From Paraphysomonas bandaiensis (taxonomy: Eukaryota > Protista > Chrysophyceae), in NCBI GenBank assembly GCA_965644295.1, contig CBFFRP010000394.1, positions 124,001-188,000 of the forward strand: DNA of 64,000 bases, read 5' to 3'. Made by a program: the position numbers and the translations under genes. Positions 24,420-39,277 of this stretch are shown here, in pieces. Each line of letters opens with the position of its first letter. The first letter of the stretch is position 1. The notes below the pieces were generated by a model. It searched no databases. It was not told where the DNA came from and saw only the letters and a program-made list of their open reading frames with translations.

Positions 24420-25585
24420 CAGTTGATCTCATTGCAGATCCTCAACTGACTGAAGGCAACATCATGATACTATTGATTCGTGGTGAAAAATTAATCAATC
24501 AGCAATACTGGTGACATTCTACTGACGATGGGGCAGGTGGTGAGGAGCGATTGATGCCGGCTGTGGGTGGGACACCCAAACAGTCTGCGGAAGATGACTC
24601 ATCAGGGAGTGAGCAGACTCCAAGTGCCTTACCCGAACACTTCGCCTAGAGAGACAAGTGTGTGTGTCCCTAGTAGTCATTCTGCTAACCCGACTGCATC
24701 AGGCAATAAGGGTACGCACCCGAAGAGTTGTGACTAATGTGTCCACTCTGGGTGATCAATTTCCTATGTGGGGAAAATTCAGTTCACATGTAGATCCCGA
24801 GACTTATGAGGTGTCTCTTCAGTGTGGAGAGACCTGTGAGATTGTGTATACTAAGTTTAGTGAGATCAGTGGTACTGTATCTGCTGAGTCTAGGGAGACT
24901 TGTGCTAAGCGTACGGGTGTTGACTAGTGTGTCCACCCTGGGTGAGGTAAACCTTCTCTATGACGAGGAGATTGTCAATCTGTGTGTTGATAGTGACTGT
25001 GCACTAATAACTAACATAATATGTCTAATTGTAGAAAGACCAAGACACGATATATGAGAAGTTCGTTAATTGCCTTGATTTGCTTCAGTATGTGAGTAGC
25101 AGGCTATGTCTGCTGGCATGCAGGACCTGGTGTGGCTTCGGGGGTGTTGGTCCTATGTGGTTGTGGTGGTTGAGTATCCTTCGGTTATGTCTCGTGATGT
25201 AAAGATTCAATCTACAGCGTATCCGTCAGTTATGTCTTGTGATGTGAAGAGTCTATCTACAGCTTTGAATTGAGAGGGAGTGTTGAGTTTTGCTGTTGGA
25301 GCAATTAAAAGCTGTAATTCTAAGGTGTTGGAAATATGACCGTTAGTCGAAGAATACAGTAGTGGTTACCTGTATTATGAGAACTAACAACATGATGGCT
25401 ACTGTTGTAATGAGTGTGAATATAACATATTGATCATACAAGATAGTGACGATGTAATATCGTACGAGAAATGATGGGTCGTAGAAATAACATGAAATTG
25501 ATGAATGAGAAGAGATATTGATTATAATTTCATAATAAGATTCATGAGTGAATACACATCCAGTTAACTTAGTAAATCATCCAAT
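24420..25585 (+). mobile_element. Degenerate, internally deleted Copia-like remnant with PPT and 3' LTR (family A, LTR from 25281)
   Basis: Peptides RTRRVVTNVSTLGD and VLTSVSTLGEVNLL resemble the pre-RT linker of the intact Copia (RHIVNVGVLGDVSL) and of 53461-53664. A purine tract gagagggag (25272-25280) is followed by TGTTGAG... Confidence 0.65.
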
Positions 25586-27274
25586 TGTGTCATAACTTGA
25601 CACTCTTGTGGCGTTATTTATCTGCTCGCGTTATTCGATAGTACTCTTTTGTTTATAACAAGTGACTAGTTAACTCGATGTCGATGTAATGGTAAGAACA
25701 AGAAGGTTGTTTTTAAACCACTAATATCAACTAAACGGTCAGGATAACAATAATATATATAGGTTGTGGGTGAGGTTATCAGAGATGGTATGTAACGGTG
25801 TAGTGGTAGCAGAAGTCATTGGTATCGTAAATTACAGATGCTTATTGCATAACTATCTCTATAAACTCGCATAAGTTTCCAGACCAACAATGAAGGACAT
25901 TATAACCTGTAAAATAAATAAAATTAGTTATAATAACTCATTATTAACATCCAATTTGATTGGGTAGGGTTGATATCATATCACACGACATTGCGCCACA
26001 CGTGACATACGTGCGTATTATATTGCATCTGCAAAGTATCAACTCATCCAATATGACCTTAGTATTCATCAAAGCATACTTATATTAATCAAACCAATAT
26101 AACAGTATCATAAACAGTCATTGAGGTTAAATTTACTGTAAAATAGGACAACTACACCCATGGTTGCAGGGGTTTGGGACCATGGATGCCCATACAGCAA
26201 AGAGCTTTGAAAAAATTTAATTCCAACAAAATAAAAGACAAAAACTCAGTATTAAGATTTCATATCACTCAAATATTAAGAATGATCATGATTCCTTGAA
26301 TTGGAAGGCATATGGGATCATTAAGTGCAACAAGGAAGATGCAATTAGGGACAGATCCTCCTATAGTGACCTATGCATATTTCTTTACCGTTTATCAATG
26401 AATCCAGAATTAGTATTCACAATCTCATCGTTGCTATCACAACATTGTTATCAGTAACTGATCTCTGCTATGTACCTCACAGTGAGTGCGTTCAGGAGCT
26501 CTCCATAACTGTGAATTTTGATGTAGGATAATAATTGCAATCATACAAGCAAATTTCTACTAAAAGTTGTATAAGTTGGACTCCACATCTTCAGAATTGT
26601 ATGTTCTATTGGTAATCCAGTGTGTTAATGTGATGTGTCTCATTGTTTGATCATATGATTGTTGTATGCATATGTTGTCATCGGCAGTGTATTACGGTGT
26701 CTGGAATATAGGGGAAAGAAACTGTAAAAACTGGGGGTTTCCTACTGGGTCCAGGTTTTTCCGCCCCTAAATATCTACTGTATTTGACAAGACACAGTGT
26801 GCTATTAACATCTACGTATCGGCAGTCAGCATTATATTTTTCGGAAATATATTGAAGCAAAATTCTTTTATATTACTGAAGTACATCTACGGCTGGAATA
26901 CAGATAATTGTTGTCTCAATATTTGAGGCATCTTGGAACAAAAATATACAAAGGATGCCGATACGTAGGCTACAGTCACATCATACTGAATCTCATGTAA
27001 GTCGTCCATATCTCCCATCAATACATTAAAGTATGTACCTTAAGATTAAAGAATTCACTTTCATATGGATAATTTATAGCTATTGATAATTGAGTTGTCA
27101 TATTCTATTCAACACGTGCAGCTTATAGTGGAATAGTATTACTTTGACAAGTATATAGTGACGTTATTAGTAGACAGTATCATTCATCTGACACGAGATG
27201 ATACTGTATGGTATGATGTAAGTATTAGCTAATAAGTAAAATATAGTTTGGTATAGTAGAATACCAACCAGTGG

Positions 27275-30200
27275 ATGATGTTATATTATATAACACTTGC
27301 AGTTATTGGCATATGCACTTCGTGTGCTTTTATATGGATGTTGTTATCTTCAATTAGCATTATATGCTGCAAGATGAAAATAACATCAAGATTTTCACTA
27401 CATTGTAGTTTTTATCCGCAACTGAAGGTTGGAATCGAAGAGTTTAAGTTGGAAGCACGAACTCTCTCCATGCTTTCTAACTTTCTAATGCAGTATTTGC
27501 CTCTTGAGTGTACGACATTTCATGCCAAAGAATTGTGGTGTACATTGACTCACAAGAATAGTGGCAGTGTATGTTTTGTTGTACCTCTGTTTTTCCTTAT
27601 GTTTGTCGTGTACAGAACTGGGAGTACTTGCCAAGCGTGACTGTGAATGATCTTCGAATTGAAATCTTGGTTACATCTCAAAAGGATTGGGATATTGAGC
27701 ATGGCATTAGCATGACCACTCTCGTGAAGCATAATTTTGCAAATTATTTGACAAGTATCATTGAAGATTCTGTATCTGTGGCTCCTGTAGGTTACTTCAA
27801 AGCATTGATAGATACGGCTATCAGGGATATGTGCGTGCGAATCAGTAACTTCACGCTGAGGTTAACTATAAATTTATACAAAACATGCTGTCATTTTTAT
27901 TATTATTATATATGTAGGTTTGAATATAAGGAGGGCGAGGAGCACAGTATGGGGGTATGTTGTTCAAGTTTGTCTCTTGAATCCAAAGTTGCTGATGTTG
28001 ATGGAACCTTGAATTCAAGCGTACACGATAATCTAACTAACGTGTATGATATTCGAGTGGAAGGCCTCAGTATATACGTCGACCCTTCTTTAAATAAATT
28101 GGGTCCACATGAATATTTCTTACAGGCACAGGAGGCGAAGGGAGAATTGAATATTCCAAGCCTATTCTCTGTTATGTTTCAGCCCGGTCGACGACCGAAC
28201 GGTGCTCTCAAGAGGGCGAAGCTCAATGTTATCTGTCGTGGTGTAAATATATCGCTACATGAGTGGCAGACCAGTTCTTTAATATACTCTTGTACAAAGG
28301 CTTTCGGTGGAGTGGGAGATGGATACAGGCGATGGCGGGATGTGTTAGCAGAAGAAATTGAACGACGGTGTGTTAATTACGTTTTAACTTGCGAAGAGCG
28401 CAGCCGCTATTTGACACTATACTGCTCATTACGCAAGCCTTCACCGTGGTGGATGGGATGGATGCAAGATAGCGCGCGCATTGTGAGGATGAAATTACTA
28501 GATATTGAAAGGAAAATGACGGTATCCGCCATTATGAGTTGTCGTCGTGTGGCTATGGGTTGGTCTTTTTCCTATGAAGATACGTGCAAAGACGAGAGGT
28601 TTACTGGAACGGTGAATTACTTGAACTCCATTTCCCATGAATGTGAAGGTCGGAACGAGCTCTTGTACACTCCAGCGGAATGGCACCCCCTACAACGCCT
28701 TGAATACAACGAAGGCGACGAAGATGCGCATGATCGTCTCATGGCGCAGTGTATTGAAATCAAGAGACCTTACTATGACGACATATGTGCCGTACTTCGT
28801 GACGTCCAACTAGATCTCAGGCGTATTGAGGATTTGACAATCAATGTCTACGAAGACACGGGTGAAGGGTGTGCAAACCGTCCTCTGACTGGAGGAACTC
28901 TGGTTGGGTCGCTGTTCGCAGAAATGGCTCACTTTTCTTCAACCTTGATGCTTTGTCGTAACCCCAACTATCCGTATGGATCTATAGGGGCGACTGATGG
29001 GATGAATGAGCCTTCGTATGCATGGTTTCAGTGTGACTCTGGTATGCTAAATTTTCGAATATGCTGGAACCCGGTCCCCTCGACGCAGGAAGAGAATAGT
29101 GGATCAAGCTCTACTTGTGTCATCACTGAAACAAAGGCAGGAATAAATGGAAAGCGAACTGAAAAGTATCAAGCCACTGTATATTTTTCTCGGGAGAGCA
29201 ATAAGTCGATGACTCTACATTTGGGATTCCGTGATAGTGTAGTTAACGCATTTCTCTTACGAGAAACATTTCAGCTTCTTGCAGTGCTGAGGCGATGCTC
29301 TCAACGTAGGACACCGTTTGTAGACATCAAAGTATCATTGGATGGAATCAATGGATTACCTTCAATGGAAACGGAACATCGCGGACTCTTGTGTAGCGAT
29401 GATGTAGAGAGAATTGTTTCCCATGTTAGCAATGACACTCTAGAGCCGGTGAGTCAGAATTTACTCCTATGGAATTGGGTTGCAGCGGCGTTGATCAATT
29501 TGGATAATATCACTGTTTTGTTGCCTGATGCCAGTTATAGTACTCCAGGTACATTTCAATCCTTTATCATGCAGTGCAACGGTTCGGGAAGGGTCTTAAG
29601 TGGACATTGTCGCGAAAATTTTGAATTTAATTTCCATGAATTTGATATTTCAGTTGGACAATGTGCATACGTAACAGATATGTCTTTACCATACGGGCAC
29701 TATTCGTGGGAGAGTTTTGTGAAAGGTGTCCATCAGTTGTTTTTAATTGATAAGATTACACTTAGATATGGTGGGAAAGTTGAAGATGAAACTCTCGCAT
29801 CTCGAAAAATTAATGACATAAAAAAACTCATTGTGGATTCGTGGGGAACATTGCGCAGTAGTATAAGAATTAGTATTGCGGATTCAAGAGTGCACGAGTT
29901 TTCTTACGGGGTTGTGAATTCGATGCTACTTAGTCCTTCTTTGGTAGTGAAAATTAAGCGTAGAGGCGATAATGCTAAACTTGTGCCCAGTAAGCGGATA
30001 TCTTCAGCTACACTTAACACACGTAGCCCGGCATTTTGGACTTCTTGTTGCTTTATGATTGAAGATGAACATTCATATTCCAACTCAAGAGATAAGGAAT
30101 CGCCGTATTTTGCAGAAGTGCTATTGTATGACGAGGGCGGGCCAGAACGAAGACTTGTTGGATGGTGTACTCTGTCAATGAACTCAAACTCTGGAGATAA

Positions 30201-33200
30201 TTGGATCGCCCACACTGTCAGAGATGCACGTGATGTAGAAATCGGAACAATCAGGTAGCGACTAATGTTTGCTTGTTTTTAATGTTAACCGTTTTGATGC
30301 TATAGTTTGAAGCACGAAATTATGGCACCGGTATTAGCTGTATATGTTTCCGAGCTTCGGGGAATAGACTTTGAGGCATTAAGTGGCGATGATGTGCGCA
30401 ACGTAAAAGGTACTGTGCATGTCGTTGTATCTGCGGACAACTCCAATGTGTCGGCTTCTGGTCTGAAGATGAATGCGGAAGATGTATTGTCTTACTCAAC
30501 AACGTCACGGTCTATTGCGTCCGAGGTATATTTTAAGGAGTATCTCTACTTCCCGTACTGTATTGGGGAGGCGTTACCATTGTCTGTGGACCTCAAGCTG
30601 GAAGAGGGCGGTTATAGAGAACTTTCTATAGCATCTGCCCCAGTGTTATTTAAAGGTGATACGTATTGTGGTACACTCCAAATGAGAGATAGTAAGCGGG
30701 GTAGCTTTGGTGAGCTACTGATCGAAATGAGGTGTGTTTGTGAATACCGATTTGTGAATTAATGAATATGTATATATAGAGTGTTGACCCATCATGACTT
30801 GAGCCCATCTCTGAAACAAGAACACTACAGACATATGCCGAATGAAAACCAGAGTATCTATTCGCCGATGAGTTCCTCTTTGACCAGTGAATTTACAAGT
30901 ACTCTTCGAAAGCGCGAACATAATTCTATTAGACGTCGCGCTTTTAGCAATTGTGAATTTGGAATCAAAAAGCTCCCTCAGTGGGCGGATGACAAAGACA
31001 GTAGTGCTGATGGCCAAACTGATTTGGTTTTACTGTCCTCGGAAGCAGATTTGTTAGACTCACTACCAGTTAGAACTGTGACGAAGGAACTTTCGCTGCA
31101 TGCTCACGTTGTACATGTTCAGTTTGCAATTACCGAACTTGTGTCGAGTTTACGCATATTGAGAAATATATCTCCCCAATTTTTGAAAAAGTGTCCACCA
31201 CAGCCTGCTCTCAATGGCGATGACATTGACTCCCAGAGTTGTTCAAAGAACATTATGAGTTGTAGGACTGATTCCACTATCAAGCATTCCGGGAAACTGA
31301 CTCATAGATGCGGCGACTACAATAGCCGAGCAGTCACTTCAGCAATTTTGAAGAGGTACGTTGAGTTTAAATTTTTTAAACTATTTTATTTGTTGCCCCA
31401 GGCACACAAATTTGACTCTGATGCTAGCAAATACCTCCCCGACCACTCCAGTTTCAAAATTTTGGCAGATATTTAGTGGAATTTCTTCATGCTCTGGTGA
31501 CGGTGTGACTAATATTGACAAGGCTGCAGCTCGTGAAATTCAAAAGCTTATGATACAAGTATTTAAAGACTATACTTTCGCGTTAGAGGGTTGGGGTTTG
31601 CTCGTTGTGCCATATTGGCTAGGTATACCTCGTATTGGAAGTATTGTTTCACGCTCCGGCAAACGATATATTCCTATATTGAGCCCTGTTGTTGTTGGTA
31701 GCAGAGTATACATAGATACTCCAGGATGGATTCAGCGCATTGACGGTGAGATTACGAATTTGCCAATGACTGGAATTCGTACAGCTAAAAGCGACACGTC
31801 TAATACTTCGAGCAAGTTTCTTAGTTTTCTCACAAGCGATGCATCTACGGTGTACGTTTGCTGGGACCAGCGTTGTCCACAGGTTCCGAAATGGCTTGAT
31901 AAAAGAGGATTTGCTTTGACGAACTACGAAATTCAAACATCTACAACAACAATGTCAGTTTATGCTAAGCAAGTTTCAACAGCATCGAGAATATATTTGG
32001 GAGGATGTGGTTGCAGCCCAATGCAGGCTGACAATTATTTCGTATTAGTTAGCCGACAATTTAGTCCTTCCTTTCGTAAAGCTGTATCTCCAGGAGGCGC
32101 ACCTCGTTTCTGTCTACCACGAGGGCTTCAACATACGCTTCCAGAGGATGGTGCTCTGTCTGTTGACCTTTCTACTTTTACGTGGCAACTGTACAGAGAA
32201 ACTCCTGTTGGCACCGATGCTGTTACGGCTCCTTCAAGATGTAGCTATTCTGATGATGCTACTGCGCCTGCAAGTGAATACACACACTCGACTCATTTTG
32301 TGCCAACTTATTCCCTATTACTGAAGACAAGATATGTATGGTCTGCTGTTGTGAGCACAAGTAGAATACGTGTAAGTATTGGATTACAAGGACAGCACTA
32401 TTCTGATGTCATATTTCGGATTGGGAAGTTTGACGTCAAGTTTGACTGGAAACACTTCGTTGAGGAGGTGTTTGGACTTCTCCCTCGATTTGACTCACTA
32501 AATTGTACATGTTGCTTTGAAATAGATGCAAAGTTATCTCGCTCGCAGTCGGTGTCAGCATCATCTCAGCATCAATCTAATTTAGACTATGTACTTGAGC
32601 CGATTGTGTGTAGAATGAAAATTTCAAAAGCTGCTGGATTTGCTCAACTGTCTTTCTCAGCAGGAACTCAAAAACATATTGTGATTAATATATCTCCACC
32701 CATGATATTTTCTATCGTTCGGACTTGTGATGAAATTTTGGGAGCAATAAAAACAATTAACAGTGATCAGTCTGAAATGAATATTCTGCGTACAGATGAT
32801 AAAGAGTCCGATGACGTTGTAATTTCTGGAGTAATATTTGAAAATAATTTAGGACAAGATATATTTCTGAAGTTGACTAATACGGCGTCATTGGACATTG
32901 ATTTTCTTCTAAACCCATCGGGAAATGTAGAAGATAATGAAGACGACGTGAATACTTTCTCCTGCTTGGTGTCAACTGATGCACTGACAAAAGTTCACCT
33001 CCCTGAACCAACGTCCTGGAATACTAACCCTGCGGAATCTTTGTCCATCGATCTTCATACGGATGGTTGGACGGATATTCGAGATATTCATGTTGACTGT
33101 TTTGACAGAGTACGCACGTACGATATCCAGCCGCTATCCTATACAGACGATACATCACACGTTGCACATGGTGATGATCATATTCCATCGTGTGATAATA

Positions 33201-36200
33201 ATTACGAGTCAAAAACTCTTGACTGGGAAGACTCGTCGCAAGATTTCTTGGACTATGCACGCGAGTTCGATTTGCAGGCAGATATTGTCCGGAGGGTATT
33301 TGATCGTTCAATGAGTGGAGTGTCAGACAATCCCTACGCAGTCCGTGTTAGTTCAAGAGTGATCCGTAGTGATGTTACGGAAAGTTCAAATTTCGTTGAG
33401 AAAGATTTAGTGGATGCAGGGTACCCCTTTATGGCGAACGCTGGTAATGATAGCCATGGTTCAGAAGGTTGTGTTAAATGGGTCCTATATATTTCATTTT
33501 CAACAAATACGGAATTTGTCAATAAATCTTGCGGAACCGTTGACCTCACTGTTGTTTATAATGATGAGAATGAAGTTCTTGAAGTTGAGGATGGAGAATC
33601 CGTGCCTTTACCGCTGGGCACATTGCTCTCGTCTAGCTTCACGATGCAAAAGGTTTGGGGGTGTGATATGTACATGCCGGATGCTGTCGATGTAGCATTG
33701 TCGAAACATTCTCTAAACAAACGAGTTCCTCCAAAGCTTCGTATTTCTCGAGAGCACGAGGTTGAGTCAATCTGGGTATATCACGCGTCTCAAAAATCCG
33801 ATGTGCGGTCTCATGAACACGAACTCTGTAGCAACAAGACTTGGAGTCCGCAGGGTAACAATAGAAACACTTTTAGTAGAAGTGATCAAAGTCTATCCTT
33901 TGGTTCTATGTCAGAATTAGGAAACGCAGTTGAGTCTGAAGATGAAAACGAGGTATGTCGTCAATCTTGTTGTTTGTATTGTTAATTTTGTATATTACTA
34001 GCCGGCACATTGGATGGTAACTCTATTTCCAAGTATTACTCTCTCCAATGCACTTCCATGCTCACTGGAGTTAGAAATTACTCTTCCACCTGATCCTTCC
34101 ACTGAGAATGAAAATGCATATGTGTCGAGTAGGTCAAATGCAGCGAGGGATCTTTTCTTTCTTCCAGATGAATTCTACACTCATCGAAAAGGTACATTTG
34201 TGTTTGAAGACACTTCAGATCGCACCGATGGATGGATACCATTTTCAGATAGCGATCATATGGTTGTGAAAAGTTATATCGAGGCAGGTCGCCAATGGAG
34301 CCTTCCTTGCAGTCTATCAAATCGAAGTATTTATTTTCGGGTGCGATTTCCTGGCACAGATTTATGGTCTAAAGCTCACGGCATGTCGTACGCGCTGTAC
34401 AATCAGCGTACATTGTACAGAAAGCATAACCCTGAGAGTATACAGTGGGATTACGAACGATGTCAGGATTTGAGTTTAAAGCGAGCCCCACCAGTTCAAT
34501 TCAAGAGACAATGGAATACCAACAGAGAAATTGTATTTTTTGCTGAATACTGGATTGTCAACAAGTCTGGAATTGCTATGTTTTATGAAACTGGATTAGC
34601 GAAGTCGCATCAAGACATGCCACTAATTTCGACAGAGATGGACAGCGAGGAACAGAAAAAACGCTCGCCTACACAGCATGTCGACTCGATGCCAGTATCG
34701 GCATATCACAGTTTACCGTTTATGCAGCTGGAGTACTCTGATGATGTGCACAGGATGTTTATGGGGACCAACGCAGTTCCTATATTGATGTCATGTCCGG
34801 ATAGGCGACTTAGAGTGATGCCGTATTCAATGGCGACAGAAATTGGACACCGCAACTTTTATGTGTATGATATTCAATGCCTGTCCAACAAAGAATATAC
34901 CACGGTGTCTACTTTAGATACCAATATTCGAGTTTACTCAGATGAGGACTGGATTATTACAGAATTGCCTTCTTCTGTTGCCAGTTCATTAAAGACGTTG
35001 CAATCAGTGTATATACAGCCGCCCAACTCAGATAGATATTCTGATCCAGATCTAAGAGAGTTTATTCGATTTAAAGTTCTTGCAGATTCATTTGTGTATG
35101 TCTGCTTTGATGCTCGCTGCCGCAAGTTGCCCTCTTGGGTTGTGGAGCTGGGGTTTTTATCTACTGGAGAACGATTGAGAACAGACAATTCTGATACGGT
35201 ATATCAAGTGTATAGAAAGTATTTTCGCGGTTTTGATTGGGTTAGTTTGGGAGGAAATAGAATGCGTGCGTCCTCAGATTCTGTGGGTAAGGGCAAGACA
35301 GTGTTGATGTACCTTGTGTTTGTAGTGGAGACCCCCATCAACTACCGGGAACCAACTGTTGTTGGTGTCAAAGTTCGCCGCAATAAATGTATTGGTTCCC
35401 AGTCCGTACCCTATAAACTGAAGCCGATGTTTAAGCCTGGAGATAACTTGTATGTAGACGATACTGCAACTTTAAGCCTGCTCCCGAAGTTGCTATCTAA
35501 CATTCCGCTGATAGCGGTTCAGACTGCCACTTCAGATCGGTATATATATTCGTCCAACTTTGTGGATATTCAGCTGCAGCATCCTTCCAGAGTGTTTCTT
35601 TGTGTAGACACTTCGATAGAATCTTATGCTATTCCAAAGTGGATATTTTCATCTGGTTTTAAGAAGAGTGGGATGTTTTTGTACGCTGGACAGACAGTGT
35701 ATAATCTCTTCCATCGACCGTATGGTGTGGAAGTGTGCACTCTAGGTGGTATGGCTTGCCGATCACGGTTACAAAATAACTATTTTGTTATTATCGTTGA
35801 TGAAGAAGCTTTAACACGTGAGTTATCTCACTATCCCATTAACACACTGCCTACTGCAGGGAATTGGGAAAATAGAGGCAGTGTTACGCGTGTGAGTCCA
35901 AAGCAGAATAATCTTGATGATATTGGCGGATTATTGAAAGCTGCCAATATTGTCGAAAAATCTGTTTATTCTTTTTGGGATTGTTCACACGGTAGCATTT
36001 CAACACAAAAACCATTGTTTGATGAACAGGGCCGCCACTGGTCCAAGTTTTTTGATGTTGCTGCAGGTAACAAAGGTGAATTGCAAACTAGTTGCGCCAC
36101 TTTTGCTGTGACCATTCACAATCTTCCTGGAATGTTCCACAGGACCAAAGTCGTGACCATATTACCGCGGTTCATTATTGTCAATCGTCTTTGTCGAAAT

Positions 36201-38823
36201 TTAATTTTGTTTCCTGAAGTAGCGATGAAAGGAGCGTGTATTAATGGTCGGAAAAATCGACCTCTTGGAACTCTGTCTACAGCGGGGTCGGCTTCCGTAA
36301 TCTATAGTTTTTATGATGTGAATCGTGAAAATAAAGAGTGGAAGAAGCGTGTACTGCGAGTGCAGATAGATACTGGTGCTCCAAACTCGCGGCTATTCAG
36401 TGAGCGGTTTGTAAGTATACCCATATCTATGGATGATGTTGGAGAAACTTTCATCTGGTTGCCTGTACGCCAGACACCCGATGAACACGAGGTTATCGAT
36501 GACGTGTCAAAGCAGCAAGCACTACATGCGGCCGGGGATTCACTGATAATATCTGCATCTGTTATGCTGGAAGGCACAACTGTTGTGCTGACTTTGAATG
36601 ATGTTTCTCAGTCTCCGCCTTATCGCCTGGAAAATCGTACATCGACAGTATCAGTGCTCTTCAGACAGCTCAACCTCTCTACTTGGGCTCGCCTTCCACC
36701 AAGATCATGGAGGTCTTACCTGTGGGACGATCCTTATGGAGAGAAAAGTATCGAGCTCTGTGTTGAGGGTACGGATGTTACCTCTAGACCATACTTGCTC
36801 GATGAAATTGGGCCAGTGGACAATTTTCGATGGTCGTCGACTTTTTTTCCCAGCATATTGGTGCCCAAGCTGCATGGCGAGGGCTATCTCAAGCGTGCGA
36901 GTCAGAGTTACACCGAAGGAATGATTGGTGGACATATTTATGCGGATGGGACTACGAGGGTATTGGTATTGTTCGAGGTAAATATGAGCCCATCTCTGCC
37001 GAAAAGTTTATCTTTTGTTCAAAATCATCACTCTCCTTTACGAACGACGCGCTCTCCTGCGACTCTATTGTGTGGTCACGATGTAAGAATTCCGACACTT
37101 ACTTCGCAGCAGCTGCTCTTAAGGTCTCTTGCCGTGAGTTTACTTTCACCAGGATTCTGTTTGAATTTGATATCCGACGCACAACGCGATTTTCTCGAGG
37201 AACTATTGTGTATGAATATAGAGGGCATCGCATGCGCCTACAATGGTCAATCTCCGGAATTTGAGTGTTCTGTTTTTCATATTCAAGTAGATGACATGCG
37301 CACAAGTGCTCGGTTTCCTGTTGTATTTGTCCCATCCGACTCGGGATTGAATAGTCACCTCAGTGAAGACGGGGCTGCCAGGCCACAATTTCGTATAAAA
37401 TGCAATTGGAACTACAGTTCTGATAGTAATGTTACACATATATGCAATCTGGAATTTGTTTTGGAGGAAGTTAGTCTAAAAGTAGATATGGACATGGTTA
37501 TGGAGTGCGTTAGTCTGATAGGACATATTATTCAAGAGTTGACAAGGCACGACTCGTTTTTATATAAAATTGTGCAACCTGATAATGCAGCACTGGCTGC
37601 CGCAATCGAAAAACTATCATTCACGATATCATCTGATGTTATTCGGACTGCTAACATCACTTCTCGCCGGCCAGTGTATGTTGAATTGTTTCATCATAGC
37701 TCAATTGTTGTAAATTTGGAGGTAAATATATAGACCCTGTTGTTGTATCATTTTACAAGTAACGCAGGTCTATGTTGGGCGTCATTTTCTGAATATTGAT
37801 TTGAGTGCAATGAGTGAATCTGTTGCTGTTGGATTTGCCGCACTTGGTAGTCCAGTGTTGTCTTTTATATCTGGTGTTATCGGCACAATTGCACATGTGT
37901 CTCCTTCTTTCAAGTTCAATGAACTCCTCGTCTCCAATTTTTTTGGTGTGCCAGAGAAGTTCATGAAAACAATGTATGTGTCATTTGCACATCAAATATT
38001 GGCACAGTCGTACAAGGTTTGTTGTGCCGTATGCAAATGCTTGATGGTAATGTGTTGTGCAGCTCTTTGGGAGTATGGAGGTCTTAGGCGATCCACTATC
38101 TCTTTTTGATAATTTGGGAACAGGCGTTGCGGACTTTTTCTTGAAGACCAGATCAGAAATGATAGGTTCCCTTACTCTTTGCTTTGATGTTGTGTTGAAC
38201 TTGTGCACGGTTACATAGGTGATGCTAAAACAAGAGGTGAAGGAGTTCGACGCCTTGCTCAAGCAGTAGTTGGGAGCGCTTTTGGTAGTGCTGCGAAAAT
38301 ATCTGGCTCACTTGAGGAGATTGTTCGTCATGCCGCAGGACTAGATGACGGAACAGAAGGAATCACTGGATTTGACCAGCGGCACCTCCACACAGTATCA
38401 TTGAGTGGAGGGATACGTTATGGTGGTGACGTTTTTGTCAATTCTGTGGTGAACGGCTTCTCTGGTTTGGTGGAGGGTCCAGTCAGTGGTTTTACCAGAG
38501 ATGGTGTACCAGGCGCAATTTCAGGAACAATTAAGGGTATTGTAGGCCTTGTTGCTGCCCCAGTTACTGGGGCCCTTGGTGCGGTTTCAGTCGTAACAGA
38601 ATCTGTGAAACAGTCTACACAGTTTCGTAGTACTGGACGGCCGATTGGTCGGAGACGAAGAACTAGACGTAAAGCATATCGTCGCCAATATATTACATCA
38701 TCCCGCTACGCTCATGACGAATTTGAGGACTCTACGTCTTCTTTTCGAAAACTTGAAGCAAATGACTGGAGCGATGGATTGCCGAGAAGATATACTTTTG
38801 TTTATAGCGACGAAAATGGATAG
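27275..38823 (+). CDS. VPS13-family bridge-like lipid transfer protein (multi-exon)
   Basis: VAB/SHR-BD-type motifs (LFPSITLSNALPCSL, FAEYWIVNKSG, RTKVVTILPRFIIVNRL, PPYRLENRT..FRQ, YLWDDPYG..ADGTTRVL), IQVDDMRTSARFPVV, and an ATG2_C/VPS13_C glycine-rich end (GFSGLVEGPVSGFTRDGVPGAISGTIKGIVGLVAAPVTG). Successive ORFs are joined by short introns. The 5' start is tentative. Confidence 0.85.
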
Positions 38824-38970
38824 ATGTACATATTGTTTTACAATATAAATTATTGTTTATAAGTTGATATTATTATCCGCTTTTTAAGCTTATACATGTC
38901 ATTTTTAGCCGTTGCTTTCTTAAATCTGTTGAGTTCTGTTATATGAGAGCAATTGAAAGCTGTAGTTATA

Positions 38971-39277
38971 TATTGAACTACAACCAACTCCTACGTGCGT
39001 ACTTGAAGTTTGGTAAAGTCAATCGCTAGTAGTTATCCTGTATTCTATGTAGCAATGAAATACAGAATATACATGACTACAGTATAGGAGTAGCTATTAC
39101 AAGTATACAAAGAAACTGAAAATATAGTAGCTGTTAAAGATATGATTTGTAGAACAGAATGTTGATGTTGGTGAATGACGTGGTTCCTAACTCACAGGGC
39201 TACAACATCATAAACTTACTATATCTCCTATAATATCAATCAGTCAATATTGCACTAACTAAAAGCGTAAATTAATA
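38971..39277 (+). repeat. 5' LTR (TATT...AATA)
   Basis: Direct repeat of 43843-44149. Confidence 0.95.

Noticed and set aside
25600-27200. Short open frames that might be a gene or pseudogene upstream of VPS13
   Set aside because: Frequent stops and no recognisable homology; cannot be supported without a search.
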